DNA of 64,000 bases from positions 32,001-96,000 of the forward strand of contig CAVPXM010000069.1 in NCBI GenBank assembly GCA_963709405.1, given 5' to 3'. This DNA comes from an uncultured Nitrososphaerales archaeon. GTDB lineage: Archaea; Thermoproteota; Nitrososphaeria; Nitrososphaerales; Nitrososphaeraceae. The notes under the pieces were generated by a model. It was not told the DNA's origin, searched no databases, and worked only from the letters and a program-made list of their open reading frames with translations. Both the position numbers and the translations under genes were made by a program. Positions 44,101-57,487 of the stretch are shown here, piece by piece; within the stretch, counting starts at the first letter, position 1; every line of letters starts with the position of its first letter.

Positions 44101-45173
44101 TCACTTACTAAGCTCAGCAATTATCATAGCTGCCTTTTGAGCTCCATTTTGATCTGTACTGATAGCTGGCCTGGGGTTATTTGTAGTGATTTTGTCTTCT
44201 ATCAGCGATTGCAAGTTGAAGATGTCTTCATATTTGTACCCCATCATCCTTGCGTTTTCTTCCTGCTCGAAATGGTTTTTAATTGGAATGAAAATACCTG
44301 GTGTGCCATAAACACAGGATTCATCGATCGTCGACTTTCCAGCTAAAGATATCAAAAGATCGGATGCATAAATATATTCGTGCAAATTTTCAACTAGGCC
44401 AACATTCCTAACATCATTGCTTGAATTGCAAAGGTTCAGGGAAGGACCTGAAATAACAAGCATATCCGTATCAAGTCTATTCTGTAGTTTTCTGTGAGCG
44501 TTTATAGCTCTTTCGATCAAGAATCTACCTGCATCTGTTCCGCCTATACTGACTACTATTGTCTTCTTATTCATCGCTAATTTTTTTCTTAATTCCGTTC
44601 GATCCGGTGTACTTAAATTTCTTACAATTGGGCCAACATACGATAAGTTGTCTTTATCGTTCCCATAACTTGGGATTATAACGCAGTCACACTTTTTAAT
44701 CATCTCTTGCATAGACCTATTCATCTTAGACTCAATCTTCGTGAGAAAAGGTACTTTGATAAAAGAGGTTTTAATAATATCAGTTATCAAGACCCGTTTT
44801 CTCTTCATTTGATCTCCGACTGCAATAGATGCAAAGTCTTCATCACTGATTATGAGTCCATCCGTATTCGCTTTTACAAACTTTCTTGCAATTGACTTAC
44901 ATTTTTTATGATACATGACATACCTTAGGCAGCCATACCAAAGGATATTGAAGCTTCATGGTATCGTTCACGGTGAATCTTCTAGGATGATATGCATCGT
45001 ATACTTGATACCCTAGAGATGAAACCATTTTGCACGCATTTAGACCACTTACGATCAACGGTCTACTCATATTGAAGAAGCGAAGCTTTTCCAAAATCGC
45101 GATATCTCTAGTTGCATGGCCTAACCCAATTGGACTAATAAAAAATATTGTTATTTGATTCTCAAGCCTCCAT
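44101..45173 (-). CDS. GT-B glycosyltransferase (GT28/MurG-like); frameshifted
   Basis: SPIGLGHATRD, VGPIVR, VVSIGGTDAG, ASDLLISLAGKSTIDE, FIPIKNHFEQEENA. Confidence 0.8.
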
Positions 45174-45432
45174 TAGATCTCTACTATTCATTAGATGCAG
45201 ATAATAAGTACAATTTTTATATTTCTGCACTGGATGTCTTCATAGAATATTTCTTGCAACAAAGGTCGGCATCCTTAACTGGTAAGGCCATTTTTCAACT
45301 AGTCAGCTTCATAAGGTAAAACTAGAAACTCGAATAAATCCAATTCACATGCCTAATGAGGCGGAAAAATCATTTGTGTGTTCTACGTAAATATAATTTA
45401 GCGAAGTTAATTGGCAAGCTCAACTGGTAATA

Positions 45433-45978
45433 ATGGCGGTAAGGAAGGCACTAGAAAGAAATTTGCAAGAAAAATTGTGTTGATCACTGGCGCTTCATCG
45501 GGGAATCGGAAGGCAGGTAGCAATTGATTTTGCAAATAACGGTGCTTCTAAAATAATATTAGTCTCTCGAACTGAAAGGAAATTGATAGAAGTTCAAAGG
45601 ACGATCGAACAAATATCAATGAATGGATCTGGAGCAGTAAAAGACATGGATATAATTCCATATGTTTGTGATGTTTCGCATAGACAGGATGTAATATCAA
45701 TGGGAAGAAATCTACTTAAAACTTTGGGTAAGATCGATATCTTGGTTAATAATGCAGGATATGGAACTTATGGCAGAGTGAGTGAGCAAGAGATTGAAGA
45801 AATAGAGTCAATCATGCAGACAAACTATTTCGGAATGGTTTATTGCACTAGAGTTTTTTTGAATTCAATGCTGTCAAGACACACGGGTCACATCGTCAAT
45901 GTTGCCTCAGTGGCTGCTAGTTTTGGAGTTGCTGGAATGGCTGCATATTGCGCCGGACCGGACCGTTCGATGAAGTAA
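45433..45978 (+). pseudogene. Short-chain dehydrogenase/reductase, frameshifted and 3'-truncated
   Basis: ITGASSGIG (shifted), CDVS, DILVNNAG, IVNVASVA. It breaks inside YxxxK (AYCA-). Confidence 0.8.
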
Positions 45979-46059
45979 AGGTATCAACCCCTTCAAGTTA
46001 AGAATTTCATTAATTTTTCGCATGGCATATAGTTCAATTAGATGCAAGCCAGTATAGAA

Positions 46060-46770
46060 CGTCGCCCGGGGACTAACTAATCCCTTACCAATTTAGGATC
46101 TTACCAATTTATTCATAATCCGATTAAGTCATTAATGAGGCTTGCGAGAGAGTATAGTGATATTTCTTATTTTTAGCTCGGAAGTCAAAATGTATATCTC
46201 GTCAACAGTCCAGAGTTCATTAAAAAAATTCTAATCTATGATCATGGAAATTTTAAGAAAGCGACGAGGGCTCAAATTGCTAAAGGTCTGTTAGGCAAGG
46301 ATTAGTGACAAATCGAGGGAGAATACCATATCCGCCAAAGAAGATTGATACAGCCAATATTCCGTCCGAAACAGATCAAGACCTTTGATGCAATTATGGC
46401 CAATTTCATTTCCAGTTTGTCAAATAGCTCGTCAGACGGATCATTGCTAGGTATCCCGAAAGGGATGATCCAGCTGACGTTAGTCATTATATCCAAGTCT
46501 GTGTTAAATTACGACGTACAACCTGAAGCTCAGCAAGTTGATGAACCACTAAACTATATGTCGGAGCTACTCTGAGACTCGAGCCCATTGGGTCATGTAC
46601 TAACTAAAATGCCGATCCTCCCTAAGGTAAGGGGCACGATCAAAGCCAAGAATGAGTTGAACCCGATAGTTTACGGCTTGATCAAAAAGAAGAGGCAGGA
46701 AATACGAGGGGAAGGTACTGTATATAATGACCTAATAACTAGATTAGTACAAGCACGAGATCCTGAAGGC
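46060..46770 (+). pseudogene. Cytochrome P450 N-terminal relic (paralog of 24221..25615)
   Basis: FIHNPIKSLMRLAREYSDISYF*LGSQNVYLVNSPEFIKKIL, EGEYHIRQRRLIQPIF, DLITRLVQARDPE. It has stops and frameshifts and lacks the heme motif. Confidence 0.75.
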
Positions 46771-46966
46771 AATATAGCCTTGGCTCTCGGCATTGTCTTT
46801 TTGCTTGCTCGCCTAATCGTATACCTTACTGAAAAATACTAGTTTGGCTCGCTTATCCGACGCAGTTAACATCAGCTTTATCGATTAAACAGACGCAAAG
46901 TTAACAGGACCCATCTTATGATCCTTTATATCAATTATTGCATAAAATAATATTCTGAGCAATAGA

Positions 46967-48237
46967 ATGTCTGAAAGCGGCAGTCATATCCTGGCTGTCT
47001 ACCCTAATAAAGATAAAGAGCTGGAAGACGCTATACGTTTTCTTAAGATTGGCCTAGAAAGTAATGAGGCAGGTCTGCTTATCATTAATGAGGAAGATAT
47101 AAGCAAGGAAGAGGTTCAAGAAAGACTTCATAGCAAATACAATATACCTTATAATGAGATAAATGAGCTACAAACGAAAGGCGATATTTCCATCGTAACT
47201 TCTTCTGAATGGTATCTCTCTAATAATGGTAGCGCTATTAGCACTATTAGCGGTAGTGGCTGCAGCGAAGGCAGTGGTATACGCACCAAAGTAATAGTAG
47301 ATAAAGAAAAGGTCAGGCAATCGTGGACCAATTTAGTTAAAAATGCAATGAGCAGAGAAAAAGTAGGAGCTAGAGTATTTGTAAGTACAAGTCTGTTCTT
47401 TAGACTTGGATTAGCAAAGGAATTTTTAGATTACGAATCCATGTTTTTGGTCAAATTTGATTTTCCAATAGTTACCATATGCGCTTGCCAAGCTAGCGAT
47501 TTATCGTCATATATGAGTAGTGAAGAAATTAGAAGCTTTCTTCACATCTTTCACATATACAAATAGGAAATAAATATGATGTAATTGAAAATCCTCTTAT
47601 ACATGGACATATCGCCATCTTGTATGACAATGATGATTATCGAGATACAATAGTTTCAGATTATATCAATGAGGGATTAAAAAGAAGACAATTATGCGTT
47701 TATGCTAGTATACAATGTCATAATGATGCGCACATGAGAAGAATTAAGTCAAGAATTATTGATTTTGATAATAATGCTAAAGAGGGGAATTTGTTAGTTA
47801 TCAACCTATCCTCCCACTATATTGCAGCTATGACTAGCGATTTAAATTCTTTTGATAAATTGAGAGATGATATAATGCAAAGGACAAAAGGCAGAGAGGA
47901 CAAACATGTGCGTATTGTAGCAGACTGTGCTCCATTTCTATATCAAAATAAGCATTTTGATGAATGTGTTGAGCTGGAAGAATGGTGGCATCAAAGACCA
48001 ATTGAAGGATCTTATCTATGTCCTTATCGTAAATCGCTAATAGACACGTTTCCATATGATTACCACAGATATCGCGTATTTGCTAATCACGATACTATAA
48101 TAGATGAACATGCACAGATAATGGGGTCTTTCATTTGGAAACCGCACAATAACAATAATAGTTATAACGGCGACATGATGACTACTCAAACTAAAGTACG
48201 GGTGCCATCGACAACAGCGACAGCGACAGTAACATAA
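46967..48237 (+). CDS. Tandem MEDS-domain sensor protein(s), probably one gene split by a frameshift near 47540
   Basis: Both halves show the MEDS pattern (HILAVY...FLKIGLESNE; HIAILYD...YINEGLKRRQLCVY...LCPY). The second frame is open back to about 47530. Confidence 0.75.
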
Positions 48238-49476
48238 CAATAGAGTATATGCATGTTGTTGCACCGCTTAGGAGAAATGAGAAAGGAACAGCGTGAACAA
48301 TAGGGATGGCCCCATTTCTTAACTTCCGATTTGCTCAGGTTTTTCTTGATTGACAATTGGAACTGCTGTCGTCATGTTGAAATCTTGAGTTGCCAAGACT
48401 GGTGAAATTATATGAAGACTCCTCTCCTGTCTCGCTGTTGTAACACTCTTTCGATATTTGGCGGCAGTATTTTGATATTGACGATGAAAATGAATATAAA
48501 AATTGGACTTGATAATCGAAAAGACGTTAGGAGCCCTATTATCCTCGGCGAGAGTCAAAACAAACGCCTCAGCCGCTACTACCGCTAAATCAATGATGTG
48601 ACCTGAATCGGAGCAGTTGCCAAAATGAAAAATGGTGGTGGAGATTGTGGTGTCTAATATGGTGTACATCATTGTGATTCCATAAGTTTACGAAAGGGTG
48701 CAAATGCATTACTTGGTGCGATGGTGCATGCTATCATTGCTAATGCAATAGTCGTTATGACTAATGCACGAATTACCGATTATTTATCAGAATTATGATC
48801 TCTATGAAATAAATATAGGTCACATCGGAAATTTTATTAAAGATTATTCAGAAATGGCGGTTTTTATAGCTATGTCAATATCGATAATGTAAAGCTCTCG
48901 CTTGTACAATCACTTATGTACCAGCATAATAATGCCGTTCAAAATTTAAACCTAGTATAAGCTTGTATTAGGAGTAATGAACATTTGTGATTACTGAGGC
49001 ATATTAGCCTAGGTTGTGAAATATTAGGATGTAAAGCGATGAACTTGTCTATAGTCAAAAATCTTGCCTACACGTTTTTCAAATGTATCTATTTATCCTC
49101 GATGGTCCTCCTATCTATAATAATTCCTGGCTGTCCACCAGATGACGTCGGTTTCGCAATAGTCAATCTAAGGCAATTTGTCTCCATTAGTACCACATAT
49201 ACCAGGAACAGATACTAATCATCCGTAGAAAGATTAGGTTAGAGTAACAACTTATCGATATCTGGACAATCACATTCACAAATCTTCTATGTGCTTTTAC
49301 ACATGAATGCATTTTCGAGATCACTTTCTAATTATAAATATCATGATCAAGCAAACCCATGAATCAGCTACCTTATCTACCTTAACTACTTTAGAGTTAA
49401 AGTATTTCAGTGTTCAATAAGAACTGTGCACTCAGAATTTATAAGGTAAAGTATACTAAAATATGCATCAATTCTA

Positions 49477-49824
49477 ATGGAGCCTCTCACAACGTTTATC
49501 CTTGATTTCCACACTCAATCTATATATTTTGAATCCGATCTGCACATTGCGACATCAGTTTTAACTCACTATCAAAAGATCTGTAACTTTGGGAATAAGG
49601 AAGTATTTGCGATTGATCCTCCAATTACAAGCGCAGGTTGGTCGTTTGCAAAATTATTTCTTTCCGGTCAGTTTGTCGAGAGGATCTACGAGAAGGATTT
49701 GCAAGTAGTGAATGGCTCGAAAGGAAAAAGGTTTGAAGATAAGTTCGTTTCTTGGCTAAATGCAACTCTAAAGCATAAGGATTGTAGAGCACACATCAAG
49801 ATCTCTTCGGATATGCTAAGATAG
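49477..49824 (+). CDS. Hypothetical protein
   Basis: Intact 115-aa ORF with an upstream TATA-like tttataa. Confidence 0.7.
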   Translation: MEPLTTFILDFHTQSIYFESDLHIATSVLTHYQKICNFGNKEVFAIDPPITSAGWSFAKLFLSGQFVERIYEKDLQVVNGSKGKRFEDKFVSWLNATLKHKDCRAHIKISSDMLR

Positions 49825-50205
49825 CTACAGTCAGATGACTGCAAATTATTTCATCTAGTAACGGATCAATTTGCTCATAAATTACCTGTTCTATTGTCTT
49901 AGATAATGAAAAGGCCAACCTTTAGAAAAAAGTTTCGTATTTTCGAATGTGGATTATACAAATTCGATCATAGGATGAAAAAAGAATATCGAGCCCTACT
50001 TCATAAATCAGATCATCGTGTATTTTGATACTTCAGAATAAAAACTCGTAGGCTCGTTCTTCAGATTCCATGCTATAATACTAGTAACATTAATTAGCAA
50101 AATTATATTTTCATCCTCTCCGACCCTGACCGATTGAAAGAAAATTCAATTTGTATTATCAATTTATATTGTCATCAGTATTTATTATTCAAACAATGAT
50201 TTTCT

Positions 50206-50929
50206 ATGAAAATAGTCACTCCTCCAGCACAGATTGAGAAACAGCTTAAAAGAGAAGCATTGTACGGCTGTATAATCTGCGGTCTGCCCAGTATTGGAGT
50301 TCGTATATCTTTCAAAACAAGGAAGCGATGTATTCCTTCCTGAAAACATGGCAGCTCTTTGTCCGAATCACAGAAATAATTACAGCAACGATGATTTACA
50401 AGAAAGCCACCTACGAGCTGCGAAGAATAATCCGTATAACAAGAATCATGAGCTGGAAGCCTTTGCAGTTCATTCGCCAGATATCACGGTAAATGTCGGA
50501 AAATGCAAATTCGTTAATACACCACGAATCTTAGTTGTAGATGATTTTGATATCATATCTATAAATAGGAGTCCAGACAATTCGAAGTACGTCCTGTTAG
50601 ATGTTAATTTCTTTGATCGAATAAATAATCTAAACGCAGTATTATCTGAAAATAGTTGGCACAGCGAAAGGAAGAATTTAGAATGGACGATACTGTACGA
50701 GCCTAGGCATCTTTTGATAGAAAATCCGTCTAATTCGTTGGTATTCGATGCAAGGATTGACAACAATACGGAAGAAATCACTTTACTCGTCGATGGATTT
50801 CATTATAACGCATCGCTGATAAAAATTACAGAAAAAGAGATACTGGTAAATGACGAAGAGATTGCGTTAGGTATCAAAGGAACATCAATGAAGAATTACG
50901 AGGCAGGTATAATCGTTCAAACAATATGA
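50206..50929 (+). CDS. Hypothetical protein with a degenerate HNH-like/Zn N-terminus; frameshift near 50284
   Basis: MKIVTPPAQIEKQLKREALYGCIICG.P/VLEF...PENMAALCPNH. Confidence 0.65.
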
Positions 50930-51928
50930 TGATTCTCAAAAACCTGTGAGATGGTAAGAATGGTTGCGAAACCATTAATGGTTACAATCCATCTACTATG
51001 GTAACAAATTACGCTCCAGAATAGACTGCTTTCTTTTCCGAGATACGATGACGGTCAACTCAACTTTTGTATCCCAGGGAAAATAGCTCTATAAGTTTTA
51101 TACTTATTTCGTTTCGAATTATACCTCTTCCAATCTGTTCTTATGAAGTACCAGATCCTAATGTAGCCTCTTACCAAAAATATTATGAATGTAAGAAACA
51201 AGCCTAACCTCCCAACTTTGGTGCGCGATCAATGGTCCTCATCATTTCGGTATGCTACTATACTTTGCATGATCGAGTTCCTACGATATCTTCTAAAGCT
51301 GATAATCCTTTAAAAAATTGAACAGCATCCAATAAGACAATAGATACTCGCAACGAATTTCATGGTGAAAAAGGTAGATGTGATTATAAACATTAGGTAT
51401 ATGAGGCCTATTTTACTTACCTGGAGAATTCATCAATACGTACTTTACATCAGTCCAACCACAAATCCCATATAACATTGTCCGAGTCTTTCTGTACTTG
51501 ATATTTAGATTATGCTGATATACGGCAAAACACAGTAGGTCACATGTCCGAAAGTTATTTCATTAAACCTGTAAGCCAACCTCCAGCTCGATTGGCGTAA
51601 TTTTTGCCCCTCTTGGCTCTCTTTTTCGCGACTCCAGCCATATTGTATCCGGCATTTTTCCTGTGCTAATCTGCATTAGGTTGCAATTTTTTCAAATCTT
51701 ACTTGCCGGTTAACTTCGTGCTAATGATATAATGTATTAATACCTATCCCACGGGATGTAAGTGTGGTAGTGGGACGATGATCCTGCTTATGCTTTCGTG
51801 CATGGACCTTACTTTACAATAGCCGAACTCCCGATTGGTTAGGTTGAATATATCGATACATGCTGAGAGGGCTTTATATAGGCGGGAAGATATAATATCT
51901 TTACTCTAGAATTGTAGGGATATCGGGC

Positions 51929-52141
51929 ATGGAAATTAAATCGGCAAATAATGACGCGGTCGATAGTTTGAACATCTTTTCGCAAGGAAACCTGAAAGAA
52001 AGGGTCCGACAAAGATCTGAAAAATATAACGGCATAAGTATTTGTTCGACCTGCAAAGCGACAGGATTTATCCTTGCCCCTGATGAGGAGAATTTTACTG
52101 AGAAGAAATTTATCGAAGAGTGTCCGGATTGTAACAGTTAA
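51929..52141 (+). CDS. Small zinc-finger protein
   Basis: 70 aa with CSTCKATG and ECPDC. Confidence 0.65.
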   Translation: MEIKSANNDAVDSLNIFSQGNLKERVRQRSEKYNGISICSTCKATGFILAPDEENFTEKKFIEECPDCNS

Positions 52142-52321
52142 TAATCGTTCGCCCAAACTGCCATTTGGTAACACGAGATACAACTACGTATTCATCTAAC
52201 TAACAAATCGCTTAGTTAAGTGGGCTGTCTCAATGTTATCACTTTACCAAATGCGCAAAAGATGTTGGATTTTTAAGGTCAGATGGAACCACAATAGGTT
52301 ATAGAACGCATGCATAATTAT

Positions 52322-53723
52322 CTATCTCCTTAGTGCCTCAAGAGGAGATAAACGAGATGCCTTCCAAGCAGGAAATATTCCTGATGCTATACTGAGAATC
52401 ACTGATAGCATCCATACATTCAAAAGATCATTGACAACAAATACTGGGGTAATGTGGGGAGCAGCTCGCTCCTGGCTGACCTCCTCCAGTCCCAGGCCCT
52501 CTAGGGGCAAAGCCAGCGGTTAACACATAAGCTCCACCGACGCCAGCTAACAAGCCCATACTGGCTCCGATTATACCAATTAGCAGTGCCTCAGATAAAA
52601 ACAGCATAAGAATAAATCGGCTCTTAGCGCCTATTGCTTTCATTGTACCAATTTCCTTCGTCCTTTCACTGACTGAGGTATATAGAGTAGTAATTATTCC
52701 AACGGCGCCAACTAGCAAGGCTATAAATGCTATCGCAATTGTGAATGCACTATTTCCACTTTGAAATTGTTGCCTTGTTTGTAATATTGCCTTGGGAGTA
52801 ATTACTCCGATATTAGTGCCATATAAACTCGTAATTTCTCCCTGAACAGTAGCTACGAGATCTCCCGACAGAGCTGCAACTACCATTTGGTCGTACTTGC
52901 CTGATTTGTGGAAAAGCGAGTTACCAGTGGCTTCATTAATTATAACGGATCGGTCCATGAAATTATTACCAGTAGGTTGTATCACACCACTAATTACAAA
53001 ACTCTTAGACTGTTGTTTTGTTCTGCCTGTGTTCTGCTCGACATACGTGAATGTCCCTTTAACCGTCTGTCCGACGGTAACAAACGGAGTCGTCTTTCCT
53101 GGAGGATTTGCAATGCTATCACCTACTAGCATAGCTGTGGGATTATTCGGTTGTATAGACGAACCGTCTACCAGCTGCAACGACGGAGTTACCAAGTAAA
53201 TCTTTTGCGGATCCATAGATATTATCTGCGTGTTCAGAATATTTCCTTGTGCATTCATCTGCAGCTGGCCTTGATATGATGGAGCAACTTCTTGAACGAA
53301 TGGAAGGGATTTTATCCTGTTAACAACCTCGTTATTAAGTACAATAGTGGGCGGACCTTGAGGGCCGCGAAAGTTCATTTGCCCTGAGCTAACAAATAAA
53401 ACATTAGGTGCCAACATGCTCATCTGTTTGTTCATGAATGCAGATTGCCCAGCGCTCATGCCATTTAGTGCCACCATTAATGCCCCTCCTACCACGACCA
53501 TGAGGATAGTTAAAGCCGACCTTGCCTTTCTCTCTCTAAGAGCATCAAAAGATAATGTGAAGATTTCCTTGTAGTTTTTGCTTTTCGAACTTGGTTTCCA
53601 GGCTTTCCTGGTAGTTGGGGAAGAGGGAGAGTGACGATGAGTAGAAATATACTTTTCTTTATGATGGAGTGGCTCGTTCGCTGAATTCACCTCATCATCT
53701 ATGCCATAATCCTCTATTCCCAT
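52322..53723 (-). CDS. ABC transporter permease, MacB/FtsX-like; frameshift near the C-terminus
   Basis: RSALTILMVVVG, LLVGAVGIITTLYTSVSERTKEIGTMKAIGA, FLSEA, GIFPAWKASRLSPLEALR. Confidence 0.92.
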
Positions 53724-54288
53724 ATTAGTGTACTATCCCATTTTTGCATGATATCATAAGTACTATATCTACAGTTCGTCTTTATCTTAATACTGTGATT
53801 TCCATTGATAGGTTTGAATAACATTTGATCTATTATATACCTACCAATAGCGTAATCCATATACTTCAGATATAATATCATACTCACCTAGCAGATTTAT
53901 AGTTAGCGACAGTTGCACATGAAACAATATTATTTTGGAAAGATATTGACTACATCAAGCGATATGATTGCGTAGTATCTTTCGCAATCCATTGTCGTTG
54001 GAAACCTTGACCTTCCTCTAATACAATATCAAATGCTCGATGATCCGTTGTCCTTTCATAATATTAATTGAGCCGAGTCAGATTACTAGCGCACTTGTTA
54101 AGACCGAATGAATGGACATAGAGCTATATGAAAGTCCATCCCGAACAACCTCTTTACCACGACAATACAAGAATCCAAGCTTTAAGTATAAATAGCAGCT
54201 AACTAAATGAACCTAACTTTATTAAGAGTAGCTTGTGAACAACTGATGTATAGATATTGAATGACAATTAGGCATAAAATAAGTAAAC

Positions 54289-55001
54289 ATGACACAAATC
54301 GTGATATTTGTTACAGTCTTCATGATCTTTCATCTAATTGGAAATTCTGTTAAAGGGATGTATCAGGCGACTCTCAACGACGATCTACTTAGAGCCGACC
54401 TAATTGTAAAAGGGCTAGGCTACCCAAGGAGTATGGCATTTTTAAACGATATTTGCATTCTAGTTCTGCCGAAAGATGATGGAACAGTTCGACGAGTTGA
54501 AAAAGGGGTACAGTCACCGGAGCCGGTTCTACATGTAAACATTAACAACGAAACTAGTACACGCCGTCTCGGATTACTAGACGTAGCTGCGTTGAAATAG
54601 CTGCGTTGAAATGCCAGATAATAATGGTATCGAAGCTACAGGATCGGCACTTAGTTACCACACATGAGGAGGCACCACAGCACATATTCTCTTGTATTAT
54701 ACAGAGTCAAAGAATAGAATAGTAAAATATGAAACGTCGTATATATATGAATGGAATGGAAGGTTAATTTTGAATCCTAAAATTGCTCTTAGATCTCCCT
54801 GCTGGAGGTTTGAATCACCCTGGCGGTAAACTAGTCCTAGGAAAAGATCATTCCCTTCATGTAGTCATCTGCGATTTGAATCAGCAAGGACAATTACAAA
54901 TTTTAAACATGGATCACTTCCAGATTAGCTTCGATCATATTAAAAATAAATCCCATGATGGGGCAAACTTATGGAAACAGCCCATTTATAATAGCCCGTG
55001 A
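54289..55001 (+). pseudogene. Degraded GSDH-family sugar dehydrogenase (paralog of 4362)
   Basis: GLGYPRSMAF, LGLLDVA, LLDLPAGGLNHPGGKLVLG. It carries stops and a 14-bp tandem duplication tagctgcgttgaaa (~54584-54611). Confidence 0.8.
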
Positions 55002-55735
55002 ATTAGTACATTTAACTATTTAATTCATTACTTCATTAATTCATTAGTGATCGCTTCTAAGAGATCAATGTCAAATGGTTTACATTAAGTACAGAATGAT
55101 CTGCAACAAGTCAAATCATTATAATCGTAATATTATCGATGCGGCAAGATATCGCCACAGACAGAATATAATACCGATTACCATTACAAGTTAAAAACAA
55201 TGCATTTGATAAAGTTGTAGGTCAGGCTACTTTACAACTAAAATATTTATCTGCTAAGGTTAAGAGTTTTCATGGTTACGATACTTATTAACTGTTGAAC
55301 TTATCATGTACAGCCAGTCATTTCGAATCTCAGTCATTTTCATATTCAGATCTGAAATTAAAGGCAGATTATCAATTATTCTTTAAATTCTCCTCTAGTT
55401 CAGTCCGTATTTTCGATTACAAATTATCATACCTCAATACCGTCTTGTGAGATGCATACCAAATATTAAAGTATGTTGCCATAAGAAAAAGGAATGAATA
55501 CGGAGTCACAAGTAGAATGAGATCGTAACAGTGACCAATGACCATTGTTCATGGATTGTTATCACGCCTGCTTGCTGTCACTGGAAATAAGAGTAAATAA
55601 TGCCAAGTAATTGGCGGTAGTGGATTCTTGCATATAATATGAGCAATACAAAATTATCACTGATGAGCAATTGTGACATCAATTCTGAGTGAAGCTCGAG
55701 TGATGCAAGCAGGCGATTATTCATATGGATTTTCC

Positions 55736-56227
55736 TCATAAATTAATGAATTCGGCAGTCCTTGTTTCTGTATTAAAAATCGCCGCAGTGGCATTGTACC
55801 CAAAGAACCATCCATTTGCAGTTCCTGGATTAATTAAAATGGTCTTTCCAACCTGCAGCTGTTCCTTTTTATGGGTATGGCCACAAACAACTATGTCGTA
55901 CCTACCTGATTGAACTAACGATAGCTTTTTTTTGGCATTAGTCCCATGATAGACTGCGAACAATACGTCATCTTGCTCAATTTCACAAAACTCACCTTTA
56001 AGCCGGCCTCCTATTTCTTCGAAGCTCAATGACAGTCTTTCTTTCTCAATGTCGTTATTTCCGAGTACTCCAACCAAATTAACGCCTTTGAATGATTTCA
56101 CTGATTCTGGACTCACGATATCGCCTGCATGAATAACAAATTTGGTATCTCTATCATTACATATTTTCACGAATCTCTCGATATTTTGAGTGTTGTCGTG
56201 GGTATCAGAGATCAATCCTATTTGCAT
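55736..56227 (-). CDS. YfcE-like metallophosphoesterase
   Basis: ISDTHD, IHAGD, GNND, YHG, GHTH, INPG. Confidence 0.92.
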   Translation of the reverse strand: MQIGLISDTHDNTQNIERFVKICNDRDTKFVIHAGDIVSPESVKSFKGVNLVGVLGNNDIEKERLSLSFEEIGGRLKGEFCEIEQDDVLFAVYHGTNAKKKLSLVQSGRYDIVVCGHTHKKEQLQVGKTILINPGTANGWFFGYNATAAIFNTETRTAEFINL

Positions 56228-56344
56228 TGCACAACTTTACACGATTTCAACATTTTTAATCGTACCTATCAGGACTGGAGTCCAGATTTACTCTCCCTTC
56301 ATATTCGTACTTACTCGATTTTCTAGCATTTGTAGATCTTTACT

Positions 56345-57487
56345 TCACCCTGTAGAATCAGTTTCTTTTATTGTTTCGGGAGAGAGATATGCATTTCGAG
56401 CAATAGTCGGGGACTCAATTTCGGTCCTGATTATTCTTGTGACTGAGCGTATCTGCGCTGCATAATTTTTGATGAGTCGAGTATATCCTGATCTTATCTT
56501 TTCAAAGCCATTCTGATCCATTTTTGAATTCTCAAAACAGCTTTCGATAATGTTGTAAAGTCTTTGTATTAGCGTGATTTGACTGGTGTCGAACTTTGAC
56601 ATTTTATCGTGTCTTTATTTTTATCGCTAAATAAGACGTCTTTTGCCTTGCTCTCGACTTCTGCATTATTGGTAGGTAAATGACTAACTTTTCTAGGATA
56701 ATTTTCGACAATAAATATATTCTTATCGTTTCTTGGTGATACATGCAATACTTCTCTCATCTGCGTATTGCTAAGTAAACTACCATCCCAACCAAGTACT
56801 CCAACGTCTACTTCTATCCATGGGAACCCGTATAGGTGATAACCAGCGCTAGCCGGAATGTGCTTTGCTTCGACTCGCATATTAGTAGCGTCGTTTATTA
56901 ATGGCTTTGCTGTCATTATATTTACTGCAGTTATTACAAGACGAAAGTAATACCTCTGGCAATCTTTCCTTGGTTGCAGCAGGGTTGAGTTTCTTATAGT
57001 CTATGTATTTGTCAAGTGTATTGGCTAACGGCCAAAGTTCGTATAAGTAAGTGCAAATTCTAAGATCAATATAATCATTTTTTTTGAGACGAGTTCCCAA
57101 TTTTGTAGCCATATGGGAATGAACATCTTAGAGAACCCAAAGAATAAAGCATTTGTCGAAGCTGAGGAAATCCTTTTGGATTCAATCGTTTTGGACCTCA
57201 TATCATTGTCTAAAACAAAAATATCAGGAATAATATTAGGACAGCTGTCTGCTAATTCCGTCCAAAAATCTTCAAAGTCCCTTTCTGGATAGTCACTATT
57301 ACTCCAAAATAGTGGCCGTATTCACGGCTCCGATCGAAGTCCCCGGCCCTATGTCTATTCTTATTCGTTTCTTTACCAACGCTTTAAGTACTCAACACGC
57401 AAAGGCTCCCAAAGAACCACAGCCCTGCATAACCAGGTCGTTTGTTACATTTATTCTTGTGGTTCTCCTTGAGGTGTTCAATTGCAT
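56345..57487 (-). pseudogene. Patatin-like phospholipase, degraded
   Basis: LVMQGCGSLGAFAC*VLKAL (oxyanion motif), GTSIGAVN (GxSxG), WDGSLLSNT (DGG-like). Contains an in-frame stop and several frameshifts. Confidence 0.8.
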
